Of a stretch of 61,667 nucleotides of DNA, positions 20,229-30,758 are shown piece by piece; position 1 is the stretch's first letter, and the number at the start of each line of letters is the position of its first letter. The notes beneath the pieces were generated by a model. That model had not been told where the DNA came from. It saw nothing but the letters and a program-made list of their open reading frames with translations, and did not search any database. Origin of the DNA: an uncultured Candidatus Saccharibacteria bacterium (GTDB lineage: Bacteria; Patescibacteriota; Saccharimonadia; Saccharimonadales; Saccharimonadaceae); assembly GCA_963536065.1 (NCBI GenBank), contig CAUSYU010000001.1:1-61667 (forward strand), written 5' to 3'. The position numbers and the translations under genes are program-made.

Positions 20229-21965
20229 ATGAAATATTTGCGATACACACTACTTATGATACTAATCGCGGCATTGATTATGCCGTCGCCGTCAGTTTTG
20301 GCGGTTGATAATCTGGGAGTTGAGCCAGCGTCTAGTGGTGAAACATCGCAGACGGCTGAGGTGCCAGCAAACGACGCATCACCATCTAGCCCCAATTCGG
20401 CTGCTACTGCGCCTTCGTCTCAACCAGAGCCAAGCTTAGTTGGTGAGCAACCGACTGCAAAACCGGTAGCACAAACTAATCTACCAACTGCGGTGCCAGC
20501 ACATGTGGCTCCTCAGCCAGCACCAACAACTGACGAAGCACGCGAAAAAACAGCACCATTGTTGATTTCAAAAGTTAGCCCCGACAAGAAATATATTGAG
20601 CTATATAATCCAACAGACAGTAATGTGAAGCTAGCAGGTTGGAAAATTGAACACTATAAGGCTGACGTGAAAACTGGCGGAAAAGAGTTTAAGGATGAGG
20701 TGATTTTCGCTAATGACTTTTTGGTGCTATCAAATGATACGGCGCTGACAAAAGCGGTGAAGTTTGACAAGGTGCCGAGCATGATTCAGGGTGAAGGGTC
20801 GGTGGTGTTGTCGCGGGCTGATGGCTCAGTCGCAGATACTGTTGGCTGGGGTGAGGCAAAGAAGTTTTTGGGCACGTCCGTAGCTAGCGGTGTCAAAACT
20901 ATCTGGCGCTGTTTTGCCGGCGGTCTCATTGTTGATTCGAAAAATAATCTGGCTGATTTTTCGTTGAACAAAACAGATAATGATCAGGAAGTTTTGCCAT
21001 ACGCGCGCCCGCAGTGCAAAACTCCTGAGTCACCAAAACCGCTGAACAAATGTGAAGGCTTGAGGCTGAATGAAGTTGCCTCTCATGTTGATGAGCCGTT
21101 CATTGAATTGGTGAATGGGAGTAATAAAACCATCACGACGGCCGGCTGCAAGTTGATAATTGACAGTAACAATTCACAGGAGGTCTTTGGTGATATCGAA
21201 CTGAAGCCTGGTGAATTGTGGGCGGTTAAAGTGAATCATACAAAATTAAAATTGCCAAAAATGAAGGGTAAGGTATATCTTCTGGACGAGTCTGGCGCGG
21301 AAATTGACACCACTGAATATGACAAAATGCCAAAGGGTGCTTCCTGGAGTTTGCTTGACGGTGAATGGGCGCAAACGTTTGCGGTGACTGAGGGTGCTAC
21401 CAATGTGTTTAAAGAATATGCGGATTGTCAGAGTGGCTATATGCGTAATGAGTCGGGTAAATGCGTGAAAATTCCAACGCCGCCTACTGTGTCTGATGTA
21501 TTGACGCCGTGTCCAGCTGGTCAATATCGGCATCCTGAAACGCGTCGCTGTCGGAAAATCGAAGCAGCAAAGACTGTAACGCCGTGCAAAGAGGGGTATT
21601 ACCGGAGTGAGGCGACGGGTCGGTGCCGCTCAATCGCCTCGGTCGCTGCCAAAACGTTGAAGCCATGCCCTGATGGTCAATTTCGCAACCCAGCAACTGG
21701 CCGTTGTAAGAAAATTGCCGCTGCCGATGATATCCTAAAAGACTGCCCGGAAGGCTTTGAGCGCAATCCAACCACCCGGCGCTGTCGGAAGATAAAAACT
21801 GCCAGCATACCAGTTGTTGGTTCAGCGACAGCGGGTGTTCAACAAGTTGCTGGTGCGACCTGGGGCTGGTGGGTATTTGGTGGCGTTAGTTTATTGGCGG
21901 TAGGTTACGGCGCGTGGCAGTGGCGCTGGGAGCTGTCGCAATTGATACGCAGATTGCGGCGATGA
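20229..21965 (+). CDS. Membrane-anchored surface protein with two lamin-tail-like domains and five Cys-rich repeats
   Basis: Signal peptide; LLISKV..YIELYNPT...LAGWKI and LRLNEV...FIELVN; 5 x CxxGxxRxxxTxRCxKI; C-terminal TM. Confidence 0.78.
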   Translation: MKYLRYTLLMILIAALIMPSPSVLAVDNLGVEPASSGETSQTAEVPANDASPSSPNSAATAPSSQPEPSLVGEQPTAKPVAQTNLPTAVPAHVAPQPAPTTDEAREKTAPLLISKVSPDKKYIELYNPTDSNVKLAGWKIEHYKADVKTGGKEFKDEVIFANDFLVLSNDTALTKAVKFDKVPSMIQGEGSVVLSRADGSVADTVGWGEAKKFLGTSVASGVKTIWRCFAGGLIVDSKNNLADFSLNKTDNDQEVLPYARPQCKTPESPKPLNKCEGLRLNEVASHVDEPFIELVNGSNKTITTAGCKLIIDSNNSQEVFGDIELKPGELWAVKVNHTKLKLPKMKGKVYLLDESGAEIDTTEYDKMPKGASWSLLDGEWAQTFAVTEGATNVFKEYADCQSGYMRNESGKCVKIPTPPTVSDVLTPCPAGQYRHPETRRCRKIEAAKTVTPCKEGYYRSEATGRCRSIASVAAKTLKPCPDGQFRNPATGRCKKIAAADDILKDCPEGFERNPTTRRCRKIKTASIPVVGSATAGVQQVAGATWGWWVFGGVSLLAVGYGAWQWRWELSQLIRRLRR

Positions 21966-22006
21966 GTTAGTGACCGAGTAGTCAAATCATTGCTATAATA
22001 TGAACC

Positions 22007-22480
22007 ATGAGAATTATTGGTATCGATCCAGGTACGGGTATTTTGGGCTTTGGCGTGATTGATTTTTCAGGCGGTAAGTTCAAGTTGGTTACGGCGGGTG
22101 TCGTTAGGACGCCAGCTCACACGCCGATTGATGAGCGGCTGGAGGAGATTTTTGATAGTTTGACGGAGATTATTACAGAGACTAAGCCTGATGTGATGTC
22201 GATTGAAAAATTGTTTTTTGCTCGTAATGTGACGACGGCGATTTCCGTGGCAGAAGCGCGTGGTGTGGCAATGTTGACGGGCCGAAAAGCGGGGCTACCG
22301 ATCGCCGAATATACGCCGCTACAGATCAAACAGACGCTGACGGGCTATGGCAAGGCTGATAAAAAGCAAGTCCAGGAAATGGTGCGTTTAAACTTGGGAC
22401 TCAAGGATGTGCCAAAACCAGACGACTGTGCCGATGCCTTGGCGGCAGCAATTACTCATGCAGCGATGAATCGGGTATAA
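22007..22480 (+). CDS. ruvC: Holliday junction resolvase RuvC
   Basis: MRIIGIDPG, IEKLFF, GYGKADKKQV, PDDCADALA. Confidence 0.97.
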   Translation: MRIIGIDPGTGILGFGVIDFSGGKFKLVTAGVVRTPAHTPIDERLEEIFDSLTEIITETKPDVMSIEKLFFARNVTTAISVAEARGVAMLTGRKAGLPIAEYTPLQIKQTLTGYGKADKKQVQEMVRLNLGLKDVPKPDDCADALAAAITHAAMNRV

Positions 22481-22487
22481 TTAGTGT

Positions 22488-23063
22488 ATGATTGCACATG
22501 TTTTTGGAAAAGTTGCCGAGAAGTTTAATGGGTCGTTGGTGATTGATGTTCACGGCGTTGGCTATGAAGTGAGCGTGGCGGCTGGTGATTTTGATGCGGT
22601 GATGTTGGATCAGGATGTGAAGTTTTATACCTATCATCATGTTCGTGAGCAGGCGGAAGAGCTATTCGGTTTTTCTAGTTTGGCTGCAAAAAAGCTGTTT
22701 GAAATGTTGATCACCGTTCAGGGCGTCGGCCCAAAGGCAGCACTGGCAATTCTCAGCCTCGGCGACGCAGAGCACGTACGCAACGCCATCGCCAATGCTG
22801 ACAGTGCGTTTGTGCAAAAAGCTGCTGGTGTCGGCAAAAAAACTGCTGAGCGCGTGGTGGTTGATTTGAGTGATAAGGTTGGCTTGCCAACGCAGTACGG
22901 CCGAGCGGCCGCACCAGCCCAAACTGAACTGAACACCTCTGACGAAGCACTGGAAGCGTTGATGGCACTGGGCTATACCTTGGCTGATGCTACAAAGGCA
23001 CTGGAAAATGTTGATGCTAATTTGCCGACGGCGCAGCGGGTAACCGAGGCGTTGAAGAAGTAA
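22488..23063 (+). CDS. ruvA: Holliday junction branch migration protein RuvA
   Basis: VHGVGYEV, LFGF, VQGVGPKAALAIL, GVGKKTAER, EALMALGY. Confidence 0.97.
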   Translation: MIAHVFGKVAEKFNGSLVIDVHGVGYEVSVAAGDFDAVMLDQDVKFYTYHHVREQAEELFGFSSLAAKKLFEMLITVQGVGPKAALAILSLGDAEHVRNAIANADSAFVQKAAGVGKKTAERVVVDLSDKVGLPTQYGRAAAPAQTELNTSDEALEALMALGYTLADATKALENVDANLPTAQRVTEALKK

Positions 23064-23160
23064 TAAAGTTTGAAATATACCCGTTCAGGCTAGCTCGCTT
23101 ATAGGGTTCACGACGCTGTACTATTGACTAAATAGTACAAATAATATATAATATAGGGCT

Positions 23161-24072
23161 GTGAATAGAACTACTGCTGAAAAAATTCTTGACGAAAAGT
23201 TATGGGAACAACGAAACCGTGCTAACCAAGAAGACCCAACATTGGTCGATCCTGAATTGACAGTATCAGCAAAGGTGCTGGACCAATACACCTCACAGGA
23301 AAATCTCACGGCACTATTTCATAACAAAGAACAGGCAGCTTCTCTTGCTAAGCTATCAGCCGAGCTGTTGACTACCTACCCGAATTATCCATATCATCAG
23401 CCTGCACATGGCGTGGACGTGATGCGCTCAATACGTGTGCTAACGGAGGTGATCCCGGCGGACAGAATGAATTCAGATCAAAAGGATCTGTTGTTGGTGG
23501 CGGCAGCAGCGCACGATGCTGGGTTTGAGGCTGGCCCACCGCCAGATGGTTATGCTACCAAAGAGCATTATGCGGTCTCATTTCTTGACGAGTACTATGA
23601 GCCCGGTTCAGCTGAGTATGAGTTCATGAAAAGTGCAATCATTGGCACCATCCCTGGTCCAAAAGAACAAATCTGTCGTGATAGTGTTCAAGCAAAATTG
23701 TTACATCACGCTGACCTTGGCTATGTCTGGCAGTCAGGCGGTCAAGATTTTTTGAATTATACCATGCGATTTCGGGTTGAAGAATGTCGAGAGCTGTCGT
23801 GGCAGGAGCAATTCAAGGAATTGGAGGATCTATTTTTGCCGAACTATAAAGAACATCTGAAAAATGACATGGGAGAGTGTGGTGTTGCAGAAGAAGTGAT
23901 TGAACAAATGGTACGCCAGATTGACGAGAATAGGCAGTTCATCACTAACCCAGAACTGGATGAACCGAGCCAAGAAATATTTCAGGATTGGCCAATGGCT
24001 CACAATGAGGAATTGTTATCTCCTCGCCGCATTGGCAAAACTATTCTTACGAGTTCAGGCGTGTCTTTGTAA
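23161..24072 (+). CDS. HD/PDEase-domain metal-dependent phosphohydrolase
   Basis: YPYHQPAHGVDV, AAAAHDAG, LHHADLG. Confidence 0.75.
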   Translation: MNRTTAEKILDEKLWEQRNRANQEDPTLVDPELTVSAKVLDQYTSQENLTALFHNKEQAASLAKLSAELLTTYPNYPYHQPAHGVDVMRSIRVLTEVIPADRMNSDQKDLLLVAAAAHDAGFEAGPPPDGYATKEHYAVSFLDEYYEPGSAEYEFMKSAIIGTIPGPKEQICRDSVQAKLLHHADLGYVWQSGGQDFLNYTMRFRVEECRELSWQEQFKELEDLFLPNYKEHLKNDMGECGVAEEVIEQMVRQIDENRQFITNPELDEPSQEIFQDWPMAHNEELLSPRRIGKTILTSSGVSL

Positions 24073-24120
24073 ATGTGAATAAATAGTGCATGGCTGGTAT
24101 AATCCATACCAGGAGGTATT

Positions 24121-24606
24121 ATGAATACATGCACGATAAAGAAGGAATGTGAAATCTGTCCGCTGCTGGTTGGTCAGACAACGGCTGATGACAATGTCAT
24201 ACTACAAACCGAACGTTGGGTGGCGGTGCTTGACAGAAACCAATGCTATTTGGGTAAGTCATTTATCACTCTGCGCCAGCACAAGGAAACGTTGTCGGAG
24301 CTGGACGAGGCAGATTGGATGGAGCTGCATCAGGTGATTCGTCAAATTGAACGGGCAGTCAAAGGAGCGTTTGGTGCTGATGTCTGTAACTGGGAGTGCC
24401 TGATGAATAACGCAGTGAAAGCCGGTCAGCCGACACATGTGCACTGGCATTTGCACCCGCGCTATCTCGGCGGTGCTACCTTTGCTGGCGAGGAGTTTCC
24501 TGATCCAAAATGGCCGCGGCATTTAGAGAATGCGGTCCATATGGTGAGTGATGAGACATTTTGTGAAATTATGCAGGCACTGCGTAGTCAGCTTGAAAGA
24601 GATTAG
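24121..24606 (+). CDS. HIT family hydrolase
   Basis: CEIC, THVHWHLHPR histidine triad; AGGAGG RBS. Confidence 0.88.
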   Translation: MNTCTIKKECEICPLLVGQTTADDNVILQTERWVAVLDRNQCYLGKSFITLRQHKETLSELDEADWMELHQVIRQIERAVKGAFGADVCNWECLMNNAVKAGQPTHVHWHLHPRYLGGATFAGEEFPDPKWPRHLENAVHMVSDETFCEIMQALRSQLERD

Positions 24607-24637
24607 TTCGCTCCGCTGCGGATGATATAATGAATGT

Positions 24638-25648
24638 ATGGCAATTGAGAGAATAGTCGACACCAGCTCGCACAGTGATGATACCGAGGAGCAACGGATC
24701 GAGGTTAGTTTGCGTCCGCAGAGCTTTAGCGAGTATGTTGGTCAGGAACGGTTGAAGCGTAATTTACGGTTGGCAATTGAGGCGGCAAAGAAGCGTAGTG
24801 AGCCTCTGGATCATGTGCTGCTGTACGGCCCGCCGGGACTGGGCAAGACCACCATGGCGACGGTGATCGCCAATGAGATGGGGACAAATTTGCGCATCAC
24901 CAGCGGTCCGGCCATTGAAAAGGCAGGTGATTTGGCATCGATTTTGACGAATTTGGCGGACGGTGATATTTTGTTCATCGATGAAATTCATCGACTCGGC
25001 CGGGCGGTGGAGGAGATTTTGTATTCGGCCATGGAAGATTTCAAGCTAGACATCGTCATCGGTAAAGGCCCGGCTGCCCGGTCAATTCGGCTGGATTTGC
25101 CGCGGTTTACGGTCATCGGCGCGACCACGCGGACAGGTAGTCTGGCGGCGCCGCTGCGTGATCGATTTGGGCATATTTATCGCTTAGAGTTTTATGAGCC
25201 AGAAGATATCGCTAAAATCGTGACGCGGAGTGCAGCCATCCTGGAGTCGTCGATTCGGCATGAAGCAGCGAACCTGTTGTCGACGCGGGCCCGCCTAACA
25301 CCACGCATCGCTAACCGCCTGCTCAAGCGCGTACGCGACTACGCCGACGTAAATGGTGACGGCATAATTGATGTGAAAACCACAACGAGCGCCTTGGAAA
25401 TGTTGGAAGTAGACGAGCTAGGTTTGGATCCGGCTGACCGTAATTTACTGCAATCAATCCTAGAAAATTACGGCGACAACCCAGTGGGTCTAACGACCAT
25501 TGCTGCGCTAACAGGCGACGAAGCGACGACGATTGAGGATTTTTATGAACCGTATTTACTGCAAATTGGCTTTATCGAACGTACGCCGCGCGGTCGTCGC
25601 ATCACCCTGCGTGCTCAGGCGCATTTGGGATATCAACCTAAAAAATGA
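24638..25648 (+). CDS. ruvB: Holliday junction helicase RuvB
   Basis: [42 protein letters not shown]. Confidence 0.98.
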   Translation: MAIERIVDTSSHSDDTEEQRIEVSLRPQSFSEYVGQERLKRNLRLAIEAAKKRSEPLDHVLLYGPPGLGKTTMATVIANEMGTNLRITSGPAIEKAGDLASILTNLADGDILFIDEIHRLGRAVEEILYSAMEDFKLDIVIGKGPAARSIRLDLPRFTVIGATTRTGSLAAPLRDRFGHIYRLEFYEPEDIAKIVTRSAAILESSIRHEAANLLSTRARLTPRIANRLLKRVRDYADVNGDGIIDVKTTTSALEMLEVDELGLDPADRNLLQSILENYGDNPVGLTTIAALTGDEATTIEDFYEPYLLQIGFIERTPRGRRITLRAQAHLGYQPKK

Positions 25649-25660
25649 TAAACTGTAGAT

Positions 25661-26500
25661 ATGGATACGAAGGAGCTCCAGTCGAATAATCAACAGCCAG
25701 CCGCATATGATGTTGAGGGTAGGCCACTGTATTATCATCCGCCCCAAGATGCGCAACCTGAAGAGTCGCAGTCAACAACTGCGCAGCGCCCGTCTCATGT
25801 GACCGTGCTTCCAGAATCAATGGAGGGGCAGAATTTTGATCCACGTATTCGTAGCCAGTATGCCAATGAACCAGATGTGGTTCATACGGTACGCAATCTT
25901 GAACCGCAGTCAATGGTGATTAGCGAAGAATTGAAGCGTAAACATGAAGAATCAGTGGCACAGTACCCACAGCTTAATTTGAGTGAAGGTGAATATGTCA
26001 TCTTGGATATCAAGCGACATCCCATCGGTATTGTTGCGCCAATTGCCATCACGGCCATTATTATTATGGTGATATTTGGCTTTGCTTTTTTGTATCCGTC
26101 ACTGATCACTGGCGGAAGTTTACTGCCAGTACCATCTCCGACAGCTATGTTTGGTATCGCGACCTTGTTCGCTATATTGGCGGCGTTGGGCGGAGCGGTG
26201 GCGCTTTGGGTTTATTTACAAAACCAATTTTACATGACCAATGAAAGTGTGATTCAAGAAATCCAAGAAAGTTTGTTTTCTCGCCATGAGCAAACAGTGA
26301 GCCTTGGTAGTATTGAAGATGCTAGTTTTCGTCAATCGGGCATTATACAGATGATCTTTAACTATGGAACTATCCGGCTGAGTACCGAGGGTGAAGAAAC
26401 CACCTACATCTTTCATTTCGTGGCCAATCCAAAACACCAAATAGGAATTGTCAATAATGCTATTGAAGCCTTTAAGAATGGCCGCCCGGTTGATGACTAG
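25661..26500 (+). CDS. Membrane protein with bacterial PH (bPH_2-like) domain
   Basis: Two TMs followed by YMTNESVIQ...IEDASFRQSGIIQMIFNYGTIRL. Confidence 0.75.
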   Translation: MDTKELQSNNQQPAAYDVEGRPLYYHPPQDAQPEESQSTTAQRPSHVTVLPESMEGQNFDPRIRSQYANEPDVVHTVRNLEPQSMVISEELKRKHEESVAQYPQLNLSEGEYVILDIKRHPIGIVAPIAITAIIIMVIFGFAFLYPSLITGGSLLPVPSPTAMFGIATLFAILAALGGAVALWVYLQNQFYMTNESVIQEIQESLFSRHEQTVSLGSIEDASFRQSGIIQMIFNYGTIRLSTEGEETTYIFHFVANPKHQIGIVNNAIEAFKNGRPVDD

Positions 26501-26515
26501 TAGTTGGTAACTGAG

Positions 26516-26908
26516 CTATTTGTTACGACTTTCTTTAACGAAATCACTTTCATTAACCAACTTTGCCCTCAAAGTGAAGTGCTTACATTTTCCTTCTTGG
26601 CAGTTTTGGGTTTCGTACCGATACGTGCTGTTAGCATCGCCAATTTTTTTACCCTTTGGATCGGTGAGTAGTGCTTTGTCCATAGTCGGTAGGGTATCGT
26701 CAGCCAGAGTTTCTGGATAGTAGCCGTGCTGTTTGTAGAAGCTTTCCTCCAGGCTGTAGTACATGGCGTTGATGGCTGTTTTCTTGTGGCTGTCATCACT
26801 GGCATTTTTTACTTTTCCGACCTGCACCACCGCAACACCCAAGCCAACGGTCAGCATGATGATGACAAATAATAACTCAATAACAGTAAATCCAGAACAT
26901 TTTTTCAT
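26516..26908 (-). CDS. Type IV pilin-like protein
   Basis: G|FTVIELLFVII prepilin motif. Confidence 0.85.
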   Translation of the reverse strand: MKKCSGFTVIELLFVIIMLTVGLGVAVVQVGKVKNASDDSHKKTAINAMYYSLEESFYKQHGYYPETLADDTLPTMDKALLTDPKGKKIGDANSTYRYETQNCQEGKCKHFTLRAKLVNESDFVKESRNK

Positions 26909-26986
26909 ATACTGCTATTATAGCAAAATTTGGCCTTAAGCCCTAGAGAATGTATAATAAAAGTATCAATTAAGGAGGGGAATATC

Positions 26987-28042
26987 ATGGCTAAGACTGA
27001 TGAGAAAAAGGCAGTAAAAACTGAAAAGTCGGTAGCGGCAGAGAAAAAGGTTGATGATGGAAAATTGAAAGCGTTGGGTCTAGCGATGGATCAAATCACC
27101 AAGCAGTTTGGTGACGGCTCAATCATGAAGCTCGGCGAGGCGCACAAGGTAGATGTTGAGGTGATTCCGTCGGGTTCATTGAGCCTCGATTTGGCGCTAG
27201 GCGGCGGTTACCCGAAGGGTCGCATCATTGAGATTTATGGCCCAGAAAGTTCGGGTAAGACAACCTTGACGCTGCACGCTATTGCCGAAATTCAAAAGCA
27301 GGGCGGTACGGCAGCGTTCATCGACGCTGAGCATGCGCTTGACCCGAGCTACGCCAAGCGGTTGGGTGTGGATACCGAAAACCTATTGGTGTCGCAGCCA
27401 GACAACGGTGAGCAGGCGCTGGAAATTACCGAAACCTTGGTGCGCTCAAATGCGGTGGACCTCATCGTGGTGGACTCGGTGGCGGCATTGACACCGCAGG
27501 CAGAGATTGACGGTGACATGGGCGATTCGCACATGGGCTTGCAGGCGCGGTTGATGAGCCAAGCACTGCGTAAATTGACTGGTATCATCAACAAGTCGAA
27601 AGCCACGGTGATTTTCATCAACCAGATTCGCATGAAGATTGGCGTGATGTTTGGCAATCCTGAGACCACGACGGGTGGTAACGCACTGAAGTTTTACGCC
27701 TCGCAGCGGGTGGATATTCGCCGCATCGGGCAGATCAAGGTTGGCGATGATATCCTCGGTAACCGCACCAAGATCAAGGTGGTGAAAAATAAGATCGCGC
27801 CGCCATTCCGCATCGCTGAGTTTGACATTATGTATAACGAAGGCATCTCTAAAACTGGCGATATTCTGGATTTGGCAGCCACGCACGGCATTGTCGAAAA
27901 ATCTGGCGCCTTTTACAAATATAACGGCGAGACCATCGGTCAGGGTCGCGACAAAACTAAATTGTATCTGAAAGAAAACCCTGAGGTTCTGGCAGAAATT
28001 GATCAGAAGGTTCGCGACAAGGTCAAAGAAGCAGACAGCTGA
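26987..28042 (+). CDS. recA: Recombinase RecA
   Basis: [38 protein letters not shown]; start after AAGGAGG. Confidence 0.98.
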   Translation: MAKTDEKKAVKTEKSVAAEKKVDDGKLKALGLAMDQITKQFGDGSIMKLGEAHKVDVEVIPSGSLSLDLALGGGYPKGRIIEIYGPESSGKTTLTLHAIAEIQKQGGTAAFIDAEHALDPSYAKRLGVDTENLLVSQPDNGEQALEITETLVRSNAVDLIVVDSVAALTPQAEIDGDMGDSHMGLQARLMSQALRKLTGIINKSKATVIFINQIRMKIGVMFGNPETTTGGNALKFYASQRVDIRRIGQIKVGDDILGNRTKIKVVKNKIAPPFRIAEFDIMYNEGISKTGDILDLAATHGIVEKSGAFYKYNGETIGQGRDKTKLYLKENPEVLAEIDQKVRDKVKEADS

Positions 28043-28566
28043 TGCGCGCAGCAGAAACCGCATATCCAGTCGAAAAACATATGGCGTCAGTTAGCCTCGT
28101 CTTTGATGATGAGCAGAATGCATATCTTCGAGAATTGTCAGAAACAATGAACCTTGACTTTGGCGAGTTTATCCCACACGTGACATTGATTAACGTGACT
28201 GAGCAGGATATGCCACGCCTCAAAGCAGCCGCTGCGGCACTGCCGGCCCTCGATAAGTTGGTGCTTGATGGAGTTAATTTCCTGCCAGATAAAGCGGGCA
28301 ACTGTGTTTGGGTGGAGCTGCGCACGCAGAAAACTGCCTGGATGGTTGAGGCGCGCCAGCAATTACTCGCGGCACTGGATGGTATTCATCCGGGGCTAGA
28401 TGTCGATGGCTTCCGCCCGCACATCACGCTTGGTTGCGTCGAGGCCGGTACGCTTGACGACGTTAATACGAGCGCTATTCCAGGGCAACTACCGGTCATC
28501 ACCGAGCCGCGTGCTGCTGCTTGCTACAACGGCGTGCATGGCAAGGTGGTCGAGGTAGTCGAGTAA
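28042..28566 (+). CDS. 2H phosphoesterase (2'-5' RNA ligase family)
   Basis: Two HxT motifs: PHVTL and FRPHITLG. Confidence 0.82.
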   Translation: MRAAETAYPVEKHMASVSLVFDDEQNAYLRELSETMNLDFGEFIPHVTLINVTEQDMPRLKAAAAALPALDKLVLDGVNFLPDKAGNCVWVELRTQKTAWMVEARQQLLAALDGIHPGLDVDGFRPHITLGCVEAGTLDDVNTSAIPGQLPVITEPRAAACYNGVHGKVVEVVE

Positions 28567-28611
28567 CCTCTGCCAGTAGCGAGCTCACCGTCTTCGCGTT
28601 ATAATATTTTT

Positions 28612-29271
28612 ATGAAAATCACTGATATCTCGCTTCAGGCTCGCGATAACAACCGCGTTAATGTGAGTGTTGATGGCGTATACAGTTTTAGTTTGGATAT
28701 CGCTCAGGTGACTGACTTAAATCTTAAGGTCGGCCGTGAATTGAGTGATGGGGAGTTGGAAGAGCTGCAAGAAGAGAGCCAATTTGGCAAGCTGTATATG
28801 CGAGCACTTGAATATTGCTTGCGGCGACCACATTCAGTTAAGGAAGTCAGGGATTATCTATGGCGAAAAACCCAGCCAGCGCTTCGTAAGAGGCAAACTG
28901 GTATGAATAATCCTGTGGTCTATTCAGAGCGGGTGGCGTCGCGAGTGCTGCGTAAGCTCCAGCAGAAAGCGTATGTTGATGATGAAGCGTTCGCGCGGTG
29001 GTGGGTGGAAAATCGTCAGCTCAGCAAAGGCGTAAGTCGACGTAAGCTAACGGCTGAGCTGCGTTCAAAGGGTGTTCACGCAGACATCATCGCGCAAACG
29101 CTTGAAAAAACTGACCGAACAGACGAGCAGGAACTGAGGAAAGTTATCGCCAAAAAGCACCGTCGATATGCGGGCGATAGACAAAAGTTCGTGCAGTATC
29201 TGGTGCGTCAAGGCTTTTCCTATGACGATGTGGTGTCTACTTTGAATGATGTTGAGGAAGTAAATAACTGA
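28612..29271 (+). CDS. recX: Regulatory protein RecX
   Basis: RPHSVKEVRDYL, YVDDEAFA, ELRSKGV, YLVRQGF; downstream of recA. Confidence 0.92.
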   Translation: MKITDISLQARDNNRVNVSVDGVYSFSLDIAQVTDLNLKVGRELSDGELEELQEESQFGKLYMRALEYCLRRPHSVKEVRDYLWRKTQPALRKRQTGMNNPVVYSERVASRVLRKLQQKAYVDDEAFARWWVENRQLSKGVSRRKLTAELRSKGVHADIIAQTLEKTDRTDEQELRKVIAKKHRRYAGDRQKFVQYLVRQGFSYDDVVSTLNDVEEVNN

Positions 29272-29275
29272 GGCT

Positions 29276-29839
29276 TTACGATGCCTGCTTTTTGCGGAAA
29301 GGATTTTCGTAGGCCTGTAAAGCGGGTTTTTCGACCTGCCGTTCTTGGCGTGGGATAGTTGCTGATTTTACGACTACCTGATCGTCGGTCACTTTGACGA
29401 TTTGTGAGCGATGAATGAGCATTTCGGTATCGCCAAAACTGCGAAGCAGCGGACGCTTCACGCTAAGCTGTTGGATGAGAAAGCTGCCGGCCATCACGGT
29501 GTAGCCAATGACCTTACCGACTTTACGACCGTCTTTTTCTACGACATGTTTGCCCATCAAAACGAATTTGTATTCGTAAATTTTTTGTAGTTCTATGACG
29601 TCTGAAACACCGACGAGTTCATCAGCCGAGTCGATGATCATACCGAGTGGGCCGATCTCTCGCACGTCATCTAGCCTAAGTAGCGTTGGGTGCTGGTCGA
29701 GAAGCGGACCTTCCAGCTCATAGGCAACGATTGATAAGTTACGCGGATCAATTATTTCACGAGCAGTCCTGCCTAACTCCGCACCTGTCTGGAGGCTCAT
29801 CACCGGAGTGTTCATAAATCTGCTGGCTGAAATTAACAT
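29276..29839 (-). CDS. Tandem PRC-barrel protein
   Basis: PVMSLQTGAELG and GKHVVEKDGRKVGKV. Confidence 0.75.
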   Translation of the reverse strand: MLISASRFMNTPVMSLQTGAELGRTAREIIDPRNLSIVAYELEGPLLDQHPTLLRLDDVREIGPLGMIIDSADELVGVSDVIELQKIYEYKFVLMGKHVVEKDGRKVGKVIGYTVMAGSFLIQQLSVKRPLLRSFGDTEMLIHRSQIVKVTDDQVVVKSATIPRQERQVEKPALQAYENPFRKKQAS

Positions 29840-29859
29840 ACAGTATCTATTATACTACC

Positions 29860-30147
29860 TTACTCGACAAATGGGTTAATTCTTCCGCTGCCCGGCAGAG
29901 AGAATGGCTTTGCTGCTTGTGATGAACTGTTATACTCTTTGATGCGATCGATAGTATTGGTGTCAAACTTGGTAGTCTCTACAACTTTTGCATCAACATC
30001 GTCACCGGAGCTGGTGACACTGCTGATCAGGAATATGGCTACTGAAACTGCAATCACGATGGTCATGGTGTACAACGTGATGTGATAGCGGTGCAGAAAC
30101 CGTGCCAGGATTACGCCTAATTGTCCGACAGATGGTGAGTTGTTCAT
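29860..30147 (-). CDS. Small membrane protein of the pil operon (PilP-like position)
   Basis: Single TM; C-terminal GRINPF; operon position. Confidence 0.6.
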   Translation of the reverse strand: MNNSPSVGQLGVILARFLHRYHITLYTMTIVIAVSVAIFLISSVTSSGDDVDAKVVETTKFDTNTIDRIKEYNSSSQAAKPFSLPGSGRINPFVE

Positions 30148-30758
30148 CGTAAGTAAAGCTCCAATTTTAATGCTTGTGATTCAACATGTTGAGGACTATC
30201 TCCTTTAGCGAGGGATATGTTTGCTACTTGCATGCGGGTTAGGTTTTGCTCTAGTAGGTGCAAGAACTGCAAGAAACGCACGTAGTCGAGGTCTTTGCTC
30301 ATTTGGATAGAGACTGACGTACTCTTAGCGCCAGACGGGCTTGGTGTAGCTGGTGTTTTGGTGGCTGTTGATGAGCTGCTTTTGCCATTTGAAGCTGCGC
30401 TATCATCTTGAAAGGTAAATGATGAAATACCAACACCGGCCTGTCGTGCATAGGCGGTTATATCGTTGATGATCTGGTTTTGATACTTGTAGCTGGTAGA
30501 TTCAGCAACAATTTTCTCTGCCTTTTTGACACTGTCTTGATATTTTTCCAGTTTGCTCGAGAGTGATCTAACGTCTTGTAATTTTTTGTCAGCAGCTTTC
30601 GCATCAGCTTGCACGCTGGCGACTTGTTGAGCTGAATCTTTCATGAAATTGTACGCCATATAGAACCCAGCGGTCATAACAAGCAATATCAAGACGAGGG
30701 CTAATGACAATAAAATGCGAGCTAACGTTGCGTTTAGTTGAAGTTTTTGTATATTCAT
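30144..30758 (-). CDS. pilO: PilO-like pilus alignment protein
   Basis: TM, coiled coil, YVRFLQFLHLLEQNL; follows pilN. Confidence 0.7.
   Translation of the reverse strand: MNIQKLQLNATLARILLSLALVLILLVMTAGFYMAYNFMKDSAQQVASVQADAKAADKKLQDVRSLSSKLEKYQDSVKKAEKIVAESTSYKYQNQIINDITAYARQAGVGISSFTFQDDSAASNGKSSSSTATKTPATPSPSGAKSTSVSIQMSKDLDYVRFLQFLHLLEQNLTRMQVANISLAKGDSPQHVESQALKLELYLR

Noticed and set aside
28042..28566. 2H phosphoesterase beside recA as a novel association
   Set aside because: Linkage of 2'-5' RNA ligase-family genes to recA/recX is already common in bacteria.
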